DNA of 64,000 nt from Octopus vulgaris (lineage: Eukaryota), in the NCBI GenBank assembly GCA_951406725.2, contig OX597826.1:36766001-36830000 (forward strand), given 5' to 3'. The translations under genes were made by a program, and so were the position numbers. Each line of letters begins with the position of its first letter. Position 1 is the stretch's first letter. Shown here piece after piece: positions 14,524 to 28,079 of this stretch. The notes beneath the pieces are model-generated. The model was not told the origin of the DNA. It saw only the letters and a program-made list of their open reading frames with translations, and ran no database searches.

Positions 14524-15166
14524 TACCTTAAGGCTTAAAAAATATTCTCATAGGGTTTATATGAATTTCGTTTGAAATTTGATCATGAGTGAAATTTTGC
14601 CTTATTGCTGCTCAATGTGGGTGTTTAAGTTGCTAGAAAGAGTAGTCAATTCTTCTCTAATCCACGATTTATATCTTAAAACTGAAATGATTACTAGTCC
14701 TTGAATACTAAGTCTGAATAAAAAAGATGGGACTGCCAAAGATGAAAATACTTCGACTATAGACCAGCTTGCTGGGAGATGACCTGGAACTAAACAACGA
14801 ATACGAAAACAACTGTTGTTCAGCAAAAACTGCAGAGCAATCTCGGATTTCTTGAGACTACAATGTATGTATGTATGTATGTATGTATGTATGTATGTAC
14901 GCATTTTGCTCCTTGTATTTAAATCCCACCGTGGTAAACTTTGTCGTTCGTCTTTAAGGATTCGGTAAAGTGACAGAAAACTGCTGGGTTCGATCGTTTT
15001 TTTCTACTTCTTTCTTCCTCCTGTTCAGTTTACACCATCAGAATGGTCATGGTAGATCCCTCACAGAAATGTTTTGCTGAATGATAAGTTCACAGCCACT
15101 TTTCATGGAAGACGAAAACGAATGTACTACGAGACCATCCAAAAACAAACGGCATGGAAAGGAAGC

Positions 15167-15167
<1 letters not shown>

Positions 15168-15221
<54 letters not shown>

Positions 15222-15390
15222 AGAAAAAGAAAAAGAAGAAGAAGAAAAAGAAAAAGAAGAAGAAGAAGAAGAAGAAGAAAAAGAAAAAGAAGAAGAAGAA
15301 GAAAAAGAAGAAAAAGAAGAAAAAGAAGAAGAAGAAGAAGAAGAAGAAGAAGAAGAAGAAGAAGAAGAAGAAGAAGAAGAAGAAGAAGAA
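15168..15390. repeat. (GAAA)n-(GAA)n pure purine tract
   Basis: About 220 nt containing only A and G. Confidence 0.97.
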
Positions 15391-16699
15391 TGCAGTGGAA
15401 CCAGCAATATTACCATTATTTCTATCTTCCACATAATTGTCCTTGTTGGTGTCGCTATTATCATTTATGATGCTAGACTTTCTCCTCAGAATTTACATTA
15501 AGCTCCAGTATTTATTCTCTTAAATTAACAATTAAGTAAACAAATTAATTATTCATTTATTTTATTCACTAAATTAAACAGATCAGTGTAAAAAAGAAAA
15601 CGTACCTAAAAAACACTCTTTAGACTCATCATTATCTTAAATTAAATATTAATTAAACAAATCAATAATTTATTTTCTGTTATCAAATAAAACAAAGATC
15701 AATATCAAATTTATTATCAAACTGAACAGTTTTGATTCTTCTTCTTCTCATTTATCTTATAGAGAAGCAGACCAACAAAATATACCTTTAAAGAAAATGT
15801 TGGTCGAAGAAAACTAATAACGTGCCAAAATAACAGAGGATTTGTGAGCGTAAATTTGAAATATTAAAAACAATAGCAATAAGTGAAGTTAAAACGGATG
15901 AATGATTAATATTGGCTAATTCTGCAAAATCTAAGACTCACTTTGCAGGAAGCCACTACAGGGTCTCTTGATCTGTTTGTTATAGCAACCAAATCTCCCT
16001 CAAATTAACGCACAGTCTCACACTTTCATTAAAGAAAGAATATAAATGATAATGTAAGGCAACATAAACACTATAAATAGGATGGTCATGACTGGACTTC
16101 CTTTGATTGTATGTTGCCATATATTTAGACGAGTGTATCACTGAGGCAGGTATCAATGCTTCAAAGGCAACGACCATTTTTATGTTATTTTAGCTGTTTC
16201 TTTTTGAAACAGCGCAATAATAAACATGAGAATTATAATCTTTTTGACAAGTAACATATTCTATCATAAACAGTCTATTTACTTCACAAAAAGTTAGAAT
16301 CCAAAAAAACAAATTTGATGGCAAGAAAAGAAATGTCATTGGAAAAAAATTATTACGAAATTGCACTTTATGTTTCTGCACATTCTGGGACTTCCATATT
16401 TATTTAATTCCTAAAGGTTAAATATTTCTGCTTGAGAGATTAATATATTTCCAGGCTTGTTTTCGTACTTAGCCACACAACTAATCTTAAAGAATACAGG
16501 TTAACTAAAACAATGCTAAATGCATTCAGGATGTAAGAACATCTAAAACGTGTTGATAGAACTTGAATTGTTGTCATCTGATTAGAATAATCTTGCAATG
16601 ATCCATGTCTGCGGCACATGGTAAGATCTGAATATGTTATATAATGAGTTGAAAAAATTCTTGATTAATTGAAATTCTCCCTTCAATAAGTGACGGTAC

Positions 16700-17040
16700 A
16701 CAATGGTAATTTTGCTTTCACATCCAGAAGGGTGCTCCTACTACAGTACCGCATCCTAGACTGCCTCAAAAAAGTCACTCTAGTGACTGGCATTAAACCA
16801 CTCACAGACACATTCCAGCTTCTGGCATACATGTATGTTGTCTTTCATTTTACATTTTCTCTTCCGACAATGATGGCCCCAATTCCTCAGTACTGGTTGA
16901 TCTTGTACCCTATTTTCTAACTCACACCCAAAGGACCATTTCACTACCTCTTGTCAAATTTATTGCGTCCAACTCATAGGTATTGTACTAATCACTAGAA
17001 CTCCCTGCATTAGAAATCAGTGCATCAGGAGCCAGTTATT
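16700..17040 (+). pseudogene. Heavily decayed CR1/Jockey-group LINE C-terminal fragment
   Basis: ILDCLKKVTLVTGIKPLTDTFQLLAY, then after a frameshift DNDGPNSSVLVDLVP. This resembles the LDRIQ...LQxLxHRR...YNGxCSSELxxLVP block. Confidence 0.35.
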
Positions 17041-18022
17041 CTAAATTACAAAAAACAAAGAAGATTCTGCGCCCTGTTAAATACAACCAAATATCCGAGG
17101 GTTGACAGTATATCTGTAAATGGCAGAAATTTATTTAGTTGTGTATGTGCATATAAACATGTATAGACTCATGCCTACACACGTGTATACACTGGTGTGT
17201 GTGCGTGTGCAAAATTTAGTTGAACATTTTGGTTCAACTCTTTTTTCTAAGAGAGTCAATTTAATTTTAAATCTGTTGTAAACATAATAAACATTGCTTG
17301 ACGTAAATAACTCTTACACAGAATACAATTCATATATTTGAATTTTACATCATAAATTTCAACTTACATCATAAATTCACATCATAAATTTCAAGAGAAA
17401 TATTGGAAAATGGACATGACATTAAGAAAAGAAATTCTAAAAATACCCTCATATTCTTTACAGAAATTCCTCTGCTATCAGGCGAAGTCATTGTAATAGC
17501 AATGAAAATACATTGGGTCATTTTTATATTTTATACTTGCTGAATAATGGAATGAAGACCTATGTCAAAAAGTTAGGAAATGTAGAAGATAAATTCTTAA
17601 ACTTATCATATTTTAACTGTCTGTATTTCTGAGATGGGTTATTAATATGAAAATTGAAATATTTCGAATTATTAATCTTATCACTTGAATATGATTGAAA
17701 ACCAAACCAATTGAACACTAGTGTAGAAGAGCAATATTCAAAACTGATGAGAAGTTATAAGTCGTGAATCCTTCCATCCTTCTATTCCACCATCTAAAGT
17801 ATCAGACATGTGCCGTGCAAAGGTGTTATGATGATTAACCTTCAACATTTGACTAAGTTATTTCCAATTAAATATACGAGGATTAACGAAAACTAAACGT
17901 GCTTTTGTATATAATCACACACACACACACGTGCACATACATACACCAAAATTGATACATACATACATATATTTATATTTATGTATATATCTATACAATC
18001 AAGCACACACAAATATGTGCGT

Positions 18023-18023
18023 G

Positions 18024-18095
<72 letters not shown>

Positions 18096-18200
18096 CATCC
18101 ATCCATCCATCCATCCATACCTCCATCCATCCATCCATCCATCCATCCATCCATCCATCCATCCATCCATCCATCCATCCATCTATCTATCTATCTATCT
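18023..18200. repeat. (CTAT)n-(CCAT)n-(CTAT)n
   Basis: Seen directly. Confidence 0.97.
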
Positions 18201-18411
18201 TATTTTTTTATTTTATTTTATTTATTTTATTTTTTTTTGTTCTTTTCTTCCCTTTTACGATCCCTCTTGATCGAAAACCTACGCCACCCCCCTTTTTTCT
18301 TTTGTTTTTTGTTTTTTTCATCCCCCAAAAGAAAAGCTCTACCTTGTAACTTGTCCCATCTGTGTGCAGCCCTGTGTGGCCAATAAAGAAACTTATCTCT
18401 CTCTCTCTCTA

Positions 18412-18471
<60 letters not shown>

Positions 18472-18638
18472 CAATCCTCAGAGGTCAACAGCGTATTGTG
18501 CGTGTGTTTGGAAAATTTAAGTAATCTAATTGTGGGTCGTCAACTAATAATAAACATATATACTCCACGCAGTATACCGAGTCTTGTATACATACATACA
18601 TACATACATACATACATACATACATGCACACGCACAAA

Positions 18639-18800
18639 AGTTACGGAATGGAGTAGACAAAATCCGGCCTACATATATATCATAGAGATCGGAACTTCGG
18701 AAGTAGTAAAAATCCATGCGAGGTGATTTTAACCACTTCTGAGGTCCCGCTCGCTATGAAACATATGTAGCCCAGATCTTGTCTACTCCATTCCATAACT
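18639..18800. repeat. Imperfect inverted repeat, 76-nt arms, 10-nt loop
   Basis: 18639-18714 versus 18725-18800 is an ungapped match at 63/76 by manual comparison. The right arm contains CTGAGGT...GAAACATATGTA. Confidence 0.9.
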
Positions 18801-19014
18801 CTTATATTTTTATTCGCACACCCGGCAACCCTGGTTGCCTACCGTCAAATGTAAAAAGACCTTTTTTCAGCTTATCGTACTTCGATACGAAAAAAACCCC
18901 ACAATCTTCCGCCTCGATAAACCACTCTTGTCCCTGAAAGTTGTTTTTCTATATTTACTACGGTTTGCCTGAGGCTAACTTTCTTCTTACACCTCGATCT
19001 TAGATCTTACATTT

Positions 19015-19426
<412 letters not shown>

Positions 19427-19460
19427 CAGATAAGCAGATTGATAGGTACACATGTATAAG

Positions 19461-19725
19461 CGCAGGAATGGCTATGTGGTAAGAAGCTTGATTTCCAACC
19501 ACATCATTCCAGATCCTGTCCCACTGCGTGGCACCTTAGGCAAGTCTTCTACTATAGTCTCGGGCCAATCAAAGTATGTTTACATCCCCGTAACTTAGCA
19601 GTTCGGTGAAAGAGATCAATATAATAAGTACTAGGCTTACAAAGAATAAGTCTTGGGGTTGATTTATTCGACTAAAGGCGTAGCTCCAGCACGGCCTCAG
19701 TCAGATGACTGAAACAAGTGAACGA
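19461..19725 (+). mobile_element. SINE family A with internal deletion removing the microsatellite core
   Basis: The head (...CGGGCCAATCAAAG) is joined directly to the 3' half (TGTTTACATCCCCGTAACTTAG...). Confidence 0.85.
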
Positions 19726-19849
19726 AAAAACGATGAAATATACATACACACACTCACACGCACACACAGACACACATATATATATATGTATCTGTTTTGT
19801 ATCTGTTTATGTGTATGAGTATATATATGTATAAATGTGTGTACATAGA

Positions 19850-19908
<59 letters not shown>

Positions 19909-19909
<1 letters not shown>

Positions 19910-20106
19910 TTTATTTAATAGCAGCAGAAATTCAACAAAACCTGTTACTCGGAGTTTCACGTTCCCGTTCGTCGGACAGTTTTGTTAACATTTGACACTA
20001 AGATTTTGTTGAATTTCTGCTGCTTTTAAATAAAGCATATTACTCTACCCCTGGTATTTGAGTACTCTTTTTTCCACCTTGTTTCACATTTATGTGTTTA
20101 CTCCGG

Positions 20107-20107
<1 letters not shown>
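19909..20107. mobile_element. Inverted-pair hammerhead element flanked by (TA)n on both sides
   Basis: 32-nt inverted arms 19909-19940 and 20004-20035 match at 31/32. One arm follows the minus-strand hammerhead and the other continues as a tail ending at (TA)n. Confidence 0.7.
19934..19986 (-). ncRNA. Minimal type-I hammerhead ribozyme motif (U4C core variant)
   Basis: Minus strand reads AACAAAACUGU-CCGACGA-ACG-GGAA-CGU-GAA-ACUC-C-GAGU-A-ACAG-G-UUUUGUU. All three stems pair and the cleavage triplet is GUA. Confidence 0.7.
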
Positions 20108-20138
<31 letters not shown>

Positions 20139-20345
20139 ATATGCGTACACACATAGATGTGCACATTTGTGTGCGTGCTTATGCAGTTATACGGAAATAT
20201 GTATCTATACATTACTTATGTATCACTAGACATACTTATATACGAAAATAAATAACTATACAGGCAGATATTCGCACACATACATGACATAAACGAACGA
20301 ACGAGAGAGAGAGAAAGAAACGTGAGCTTAGTAAAGTACATTGTG

Positions 20346-20415
<70 letters not shown>

Positions 20416-20519
20416 ATATATGTATATATATATACATATATATGCATATATATACATATATATATATACATATATATATATATGTATATATATAAATACA
20501 TATATATACATTTATATAT

Positions 20520-20580
<61 letters not shown>

Positions 20581-20908
20581 TGCATAGTTGATTAGTTACT
20601 CAAACACATTGGCATATATGCATACAGCAATATTAGCATATAGTTGTGTATGTGCATATGCACTTAAGTGTGTACACATGCATCTAGGCGAATACATGTC
20701 TACGTTTAGAAAGCCGGTATAAATTTAGCAGATTAAAAATAAATAGTAAAAATAGAAGCGAGAAGATATGTATCTGGTGTAAAGAACATAAATAGAGGAG
20801 GAAGGGAAAATTGACAACGAAGTGGAAAGGAAGAGTTCAACAAAGGGAGCGCAATCATACAACAGCGTTTACACTATACAAACATATACAAAAGTGTTCC
20901 TGTAACTA

Positions 20909-20939
<31 letters not shown>

Positions 20940-21529
20940 CTTATATGTGTGTGTGTTTGTGTATAAGAGATGTATTGGTGAGAGAGCTTGTACATAAGTG
21001 TATAAAAACTCAGTACTACTTAGTGATTTCAAAGTACCCCAATATTTTATGGAAATAAGCTTTCAAATATTCGCCATATTAATGTAAAGTCTTCATATAA
21101 AAGGAAAGCAATTTAATCCATTGTTTTCAGTATAGTTATTCAAAAGCCACTTAAGTAGAGAAACATGCAAGTGCACATTATATATGTCTGCATATATGTG
21201 CCTCCATTCCTGTGATTGGTTGTTTATATTGGTTGATTTATATGTGTGTATTTGAAAATATGTTTGAATATATATTTACACTTGTTTATAAGAATATCAC
21301 GTAATAGTCAGCCTATAACGGGTTTAATATACTTAATATACACAGGATGCTTGCCTGTCTTATTGCATATACAGGCTTCCATATGTGCTTGGCAATCTGT
21401 TTATCAACCTACAAATCTATATGTCATTAGGGTATTCCTGAAACTGCATTCACTCTCACACACAAAACAACACATACACTCACACACACACTCACTCACT
21501 TACACTCATAAGGTATATGTAAGCTTGTT

Positions 21530-21584
<55 letters not shown>

Positions 21585-21587
21585 GTG

Positions 21588-21672
<85 letters not shown>

Positions 21673-23093
21673 ATAGAAAGAGAAAGGAGAGAGAAAGAGG
21701 AGAGAGAGGAACTGAAACAGACAATTTCTTCCATTTGCACACACATATACACATTAATATGCATGTACGCTGCTTGTTCGCATGCATTTTTGAGTATGTA
21801 GACACACACACGCACACACACATATACGTATTTATAAAGGATGATATTTAGGTATATGTATGTATATGGTAATAAATATGAATGTTTAAAACGTAAGTTG
21901 AGGTCGGTGAATACCTCAAGAAGAATTTATTTTTGCCGCAGATTGGTAATTTCCGCCGTTGTTGCTCAGAGTGCCACACACTTATGGCGTGTATGTGTGC
22001 TCTGCCAAACTGTAACTGCAGTGTATTAGAGTCTTTCCGTTGGTTGTTGTGAGGAATTTTCAACACACAAACATACACATACACATGCACACACTCATAC
22101 ACACGCACGCACACACATACATAAATACATATACACACGCATATAAATATACACACTCACACACACGCATTCTTCTACATTCATAAATATACAAAGACAC
22201 ACACACACATATATAAACACAGGTGTCCGTCACTGAGTTAAAGAGAATATTTGATGTGCGCGTACTTGGTCATATTTGAAGCTTTCTCCAATGTCCCAAG
22301 ACTATTCCTAAATTTACAGAATAGACCACAGTTCCCTAATGTTTCTAACAAGTGACACAAATGCAAGGTATAGCAATAACAAAGAATAGTGTCCTAAACA
22401 AACGAGCCAGCATCAAATATAACTTTACTTGCTCGTCTTTTGTCAGATCGATTCAAATAATTCTAAGAGCGTCGTACAAATGAGCTCGGTGATTGCTACA
22501 GACTTTGTGTATCGAGTTCAATTTCGATTCGACTCAATTCTGCTTTGAAGCTCACAGTATCGATGAATAAAGTATTAATCATTCATTGTCGTCAGTCCTT
22601 CCCCACTCCCTGTCTGTCTTCCTCTTTCAAAACTGTTTGTGCTGCACTGTGAATGGCTTGTGAGTGATGGCTCACTGAATCTGTCGCTTCAATATGTTCG
22701 GAGTTCGAGCTAGAGCCCTGAAATCTCTATACACGTCCCATATGCTACAAAATCCGTTTAAGATATGAGAGATTATGACAGTCATGGAAGGACCGATATG
22801 CTGTATGGCACGGAATGGTTACAATAAAAAGTATATTTAGTGTTCTGTCCTGTTTTTCTTATCATTTTAATATAAATATTAATGATACATTATTACATCA
22901 CATGTATGAAGCTATTTTATATCCACTGCATCTTTTTACAGAACCAAGCAAAGATAGAATTGGCGTAGTAAAATAGCTGCAGTATCAGTTTTATTTCTGG
23001 ATAGTTTCAAAGTATGGGAAGATTTTCCAATCAGCTTTAACAAAAGCTGAGGAATTTTATCCACCACGCAATGATAAAGCCAAACTTTAGACG

Positions 23094-23147
<54 letters not shown>

Positions 23148-24811
23148 CACATACACACACATATATTAAAACACAAAAGAAAGAGATGGAACAGAAAATC
23201 AGATGTAAAACGTCAGACTCCCATGCTCTGTATTCCAATCCATCAAACTATGCATGATGAAGTATGCAGCAAAATTCTAATCCAGCATGGATCATTAAAT
23301 ATATAAAGTGCTGGACTGACAGAACATTCATGAAGAAGCAATTTATTTTATTCTGCTACAGATCAGCTGAAAGGTATTTCTGACTAAAGCATATCAATAA
23401 AAATATGAACAGAAAATATTTCAGATGTATATACAGAGAAGTTTTTCATGGGTGTATATAGAAATAAAAATGCATATATTTCATCCATGCCAGTCTTCTC
23501 AAGCTGGAGCAAAGGTGCAAAAGCAATTACTATCTATATTTCTAGCAGGGTTATCGTTTGCAATAGCAGAGGGCAGAGCATCCCGCTAAAGGGGATGAAG
23601 ATGTTGCTACTGGAGGAAGATAGTGATGATTGAATAAGTAAATGATAAGGAAGAATATAGAAACATATGAAAAAGTGTTGTTTTTTTAATTTTGCTTGAA
23701 GAAAAAGAAACAAAATAGCAGGAATAATTTCTTCCAATTAAATTGCTACATTTAATGTAAATTAGTAATAATAATTTCCGGTAAAATGTGTGTAACAAAT
23801 TTAGACTGAATAACATATGTTTTCTCCTGAAATGCATTGATATATCTTCAGAATAAATTGTACTACTCATTTCGTTCTTATATTATTTTAAATTTTATTT
23901 TCTTCACTTTAAATTTGATAAATGGATTTGAAATTATTCAATTTGCCAATAATAACAACTTTTCCAAACATTAGTTTGAATACTTCTACTTTACCTTCAC
24001 TACAATTAAAAACGATTAAATTTCCTTGAAATCCGTCGAGGTTAAATGAACAAAGTTCTTCACATCTATTATTCTTCGCATTCAAATCATTCTACATAGA
24101 ATGGCTCAAATCATTCTATCTAGAAATACTTTCTTCTTTCACTTAGCTGTCACTTTTATTTCATTTTTCTGGTTTTTTGAAAATTTTCTACAATTTCAAA
24201 TTCCTTAAATGAATGAGCTTTCAAAATATATTTATTTATCACTTCTTTTCTTTTATTAATTTAATTTTTGTCCAAATGGTGGAATTATTTCATTGACTGA
24301 CAAAATTAGATATTGGAAACATGATTATAGAATTAATTTTCAATTGGGAAAGAAAAAATGCTTATTTGTTATTCCAGCTTTTAATTATAACCATTAAAAT
24401 TGGCTGACATATAAACTATTTTTCCGCTGAGATTACTTTACCCTTCATTAAAGTTTTCTTCTGAGCTGTTTAATTAAACATTGATTAGAAAAATTTGCAT
24501 TTCATTTTCTCAATTCCTACCCAGCTTCGTCTTAGTATTTCGGGAGTGGCGATTAAGAAATGTATTGCAGAAAAATTTATCAGTAGTAGTAACAGTAAAG
24601 AGGAACAGTAACAGAAGTGTTTGAATAGTTGAATGTGTGGGGAATGACGGCAATTGTATTGTGATTTATCGATGGTAGTTTGTGAGTAGAAATATCAGTG
24701 GAACGGAAATGTAGCTGAGAAAGAAAGGAAAAGACAATCACTAAAAGTTTTGTTTCTAGTTGAGCATTTGTTTCCTAAACAATATATTTTTTATATTTCT
24801 TAAAGTGGTTA

Positions 24812-25010
24812 GGCACCAAGCAGGCAGAATCATTACTGCGCCGGACCATATGTTTAGAGGCATTTTCTCTGTCTTTAAGTTCTGAATTGAAATATCGCTG
24901 AAGTCGACTTTGCCGTTCATCCTTTTGGGATTATATCGACCCCAGTGGAGCACTGGGGTCGATATAATCTCCCAAAATTGCTGGCCTTGGGTCAAAACTT
25001 GAAAGTAATA
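24812..25010 (+). mobile_element. SINE family B with an internal hairpin rearrangement
   Basis: B head and tail are present; the core is replaced by a 19-bp perfect stem. Confidence 0.75.
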
Positions 25011-25153
25011 GTTCTTAAAATGGTGGATTGGTTGAATCGTCAATTCAGCGAACAAAATAACTTGTGATGCTTAGTTACAACCTTTTGACACTGAGTTCAA
25101 ATTATGTTGAGAACAATTTTGCCGTTCATCATTTTGAGGTCGATAAATAAGTA

Positions 25154-25651
25154 CCGTAAATCCTCGTGTATAATCCGCATTTTTTTCCAAAATTTAAAGG
25201 TCAAAATCCCTAGTGCGTACTATATACGAGGTTAAAAATGAAAAATATTTTCTAAGCAATGTCCGAGTCTCTATTTGCTGTCTGGCAATGTTTATTCAGA
25301 CGCATTTTGTGATGTCGAGCGCGAAAATACCTTAAGCTAAGCCTGAAAGCAATGAAGTCATAAAAGAATCATTCATAACTTGCAGTAAGCTACATTTATT
25401 AAAATAATAGTATTCAGAACACAGAATAACATGTAACAAAAACAATTTGCAAACATATTTACATTCCCATTATTGTATTACGCATGCGCGGAAGTGTTTG
25501 TTCGACTAGGTGCTGCTAGCTTAATTACGCACGACTCAGGTTAGAGAAGTGGTGCGTATTATACACAAGGTTTAGGTTTTTCAGAGGTAGAACCCTCTAA
25601 ATATCCCCTGCGTATCATACTCAAGGGTGAACTATACTCGAGGATTTACGG
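25154..25651. mobile_element. MITE (Tc1/mariner-pogo type), 498 bp, TA target-site duplication, inserted in a SINE-B copy
   Basis: TIRs CCGTAAATCCTCGTGTATA and TATACTCGAGGATTTACGG match at 18/19. TA lies at 25152-53 and 25652-53. Internal TGCGTA.TATAC.C.AGG-like subterminal repeats are present. Confidence 0.9.
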
Positions 25652-27094
25652 TACAGGTTAAGTACTGACGTGTTGATATAATCAGACATTTCTAGCCTTG
25701 CGCCTAAATACGAAACAATATTTTTTAGGATGGTGTCTAGTTAATAAAAAAGTAAAAGATGCACACATTTTGACGGATGTACATATTTCCATGATGAAAA
25801 CCGAAGTTGCTAAAGTAAAGTGATGTTGTGCAAGTGTCTTTATGAGATCTCTTATCTTCCAGACAAGAAGCAAGTCCTTTTCTATATTCAGGGTTCACAT
25901 GGAATTAATTGTTATATCATAAGAAGGTCAAGCAGATTCGAAACCGAATCGACAAATTGCCAAATAAAAGTCAGGACTCATTAACAACCATTTCACGTGA
26001 TCGGCCGATAAACTGACCAATCAGAATCGAGCCATTACATGATGCAATCTCTTTCCAGGGTGTCGAAGACAACTGGGAGACGTGCGACCCCACTCTTGCC
26101 AGGGATATTTGCGCAGAGGCCGGCGGATTCATTTCACATATCTCACCTCAGGGTGTTGGAAATCGCAGCCATGTAAACCATATTCTCATTTTCAGCGTTT
26201 AACATTTGTTTTGATAATTTCTTATGCACTCGAGCAGAGCAGCTACGGTATTGCAGTCATGAATTTAGCATGATTTATCTACAGTTTTGACAGCGTATTC
26301 ACACAACCCATTTAACCAACGGTTTGTCGTAGCTACAGACATGTCTTATTCAGTGTGTATGCTTTTGTTGTATCATTAATTCAAGACCAAAGATGGAAAA
26401 TGTTTTGTGTGATGAATAAAGTTTTTGTTGATTGTTTACGAGTGTTGTAAAGCATTTATACGCAGCCAGAACCACTAGCACCGCCAAATCCTTCATTCAA
26501 TGACCCACAGGATAATCGGTAACCACCTCGTGACGAAGGCATTAAATCAAATTTGATTAGGTTTATTGAAGAACAATTACATTTATTATGAAAACCAAAT
26601 TACAAATATTAAAGAAATATATACATGCGTGAAAAAAATATACCATAATGTATCTAATTAGTTAACAATAAAGATCAGAAGCTTCTGTAAATATTAAATT
26701 TTGTACTAACCGACATTAGAAACGAATAAAATACATTATCTAGATCCAGTTAGATATAAAACTTACACCTTTATTTGAAAATATAAGAGAGAATACAAAC
26801 TCGACCATACTGGATAATGAAGAACTTTAAAAAACTAAAAACACAATCGAGGATAAGACTGATGTGCTACTGAACCTAAAGCTATGCTAAAGAACAGGTC
26901 ACAAAGGTCAACATACCAACGACTACAGGAACGTCACAATAACAAGTTTATCTAAATAAGTATAGATATCAATCCTCGCTTTCTCCATTGGGAATCATAA
27001 TGGCTTCGATGTCAAGCAGTTACATTCAGCTCCGTTAAATAGTGAAATGTAATACGTGAAGCACGCTCTACATGATAGAGTTCAGACGTTATGC

Positions 27095-27152
27095 GGGTGG
27101 AGTCTTCGACTTGAGGGTGGAGTCTTCGACTGAGGGTGGAGTCTTCGACTTG
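27095..27152 (+). repeat. Three tandem copies of a 19-20 nt unit
   Basis: GGGTGGAGTCTTCGACT(T)GA x3. Confidence 0.9.
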
Positions 27153-27402
27153 GCCTGAGCATGGACTCAAACCCAAATGGAATGAAATGTGTGCGTGTGT
27201 GTGTGTGTGTGCAAATTACATATTCAAAAGCTGAATTTGTCATCCCTGAAAGGCTGCATATTTAGGTGAACAACACGTGATTGTATATGATTGTATGTTC
27301 CTAAAACAGCTCACCATAGATATTTATGGCGTGACATATGGTCATTCACTTCTAGGATCGAAAGTTAATGAGTTGTACGACGAGTGACATGTGCATAATA
27401 TG

Positions 27403-27845
27403 TCATTATCGTTCGTCTGTCGTTGGCGACAATGGCCAAGAACATCACATGGAAGAAGATGACGGGGCACGGTGTGTCCGGCTGTAGCCTATCAGTCCGG
27501 TGTGTGCCCAGAAAGTCCTGCCGCTGGCCAAGCACTGATCGTCTGCTGGGACTGAAGGCAGACGGTTGGCTCTGGACTTACACAGTTCGCATCTTCGTTG
27601 TGCCCCTGCATTCCTGTTTTTACGTAGGAGGTGGAATTTCTGCTGGTACGCTTCACTAGGCAGGGAGGTCCAGTGCATGTATTTCCCAGGTGTCGGGGTT
27701 GATCTCAAGGCTCTTTAGTGAGGCTTTGAGTGTGTCCACTTTGCGTGCGCCTGCTTTCCGCCAGTTCTCAGTGAAACAGTCTCTTGGAGAGGCTGGAGTA
27801 GGACATTCGCACAAGGTGCCTACCTGACTTGCCCTCTCCCCAGTT
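27403..27845 (-). mobile_element. Decayed RTE-clade LINE 3' fragment
   Basis: Frameshifted translation gives DTLKASLKSLEINPDTWEIHALDLPA and AQRRCELCKSRA...CLASGRTFWAHTGLIGYSRTHR. This matches the RTE ORF C-terminus pattern (KDxLKxSLK...W...DR; CxxCGRxFxxxxGLxSHxRxH). A short 3' UTR has a GTCG-CCAA-CGAC hairpin. Confidence 0.8.
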
Positions 27846-28079
27846 GTGTGTATGCATGGACCAAAACATGAAGGCCTTGTCAACTTAATCTTTACGATAA
27901 ATTTGATCCTACTATCTGTATACACCAACGGTTAATGCTAAATTGATATTTTAAAAAATTGTATGACATTACTTTCACACATACGCACACATATACACAT
28001 ATATATACACACATATATAATTATAATACATACATGCATATATATATATATATATATATATGGAGAGAGAGAGAGAGAG

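Noticed and set aside
27095-27152. CRISPR-like repeat
   Set aside because: No spacers, no cas genes, and the context is eukaryotic.
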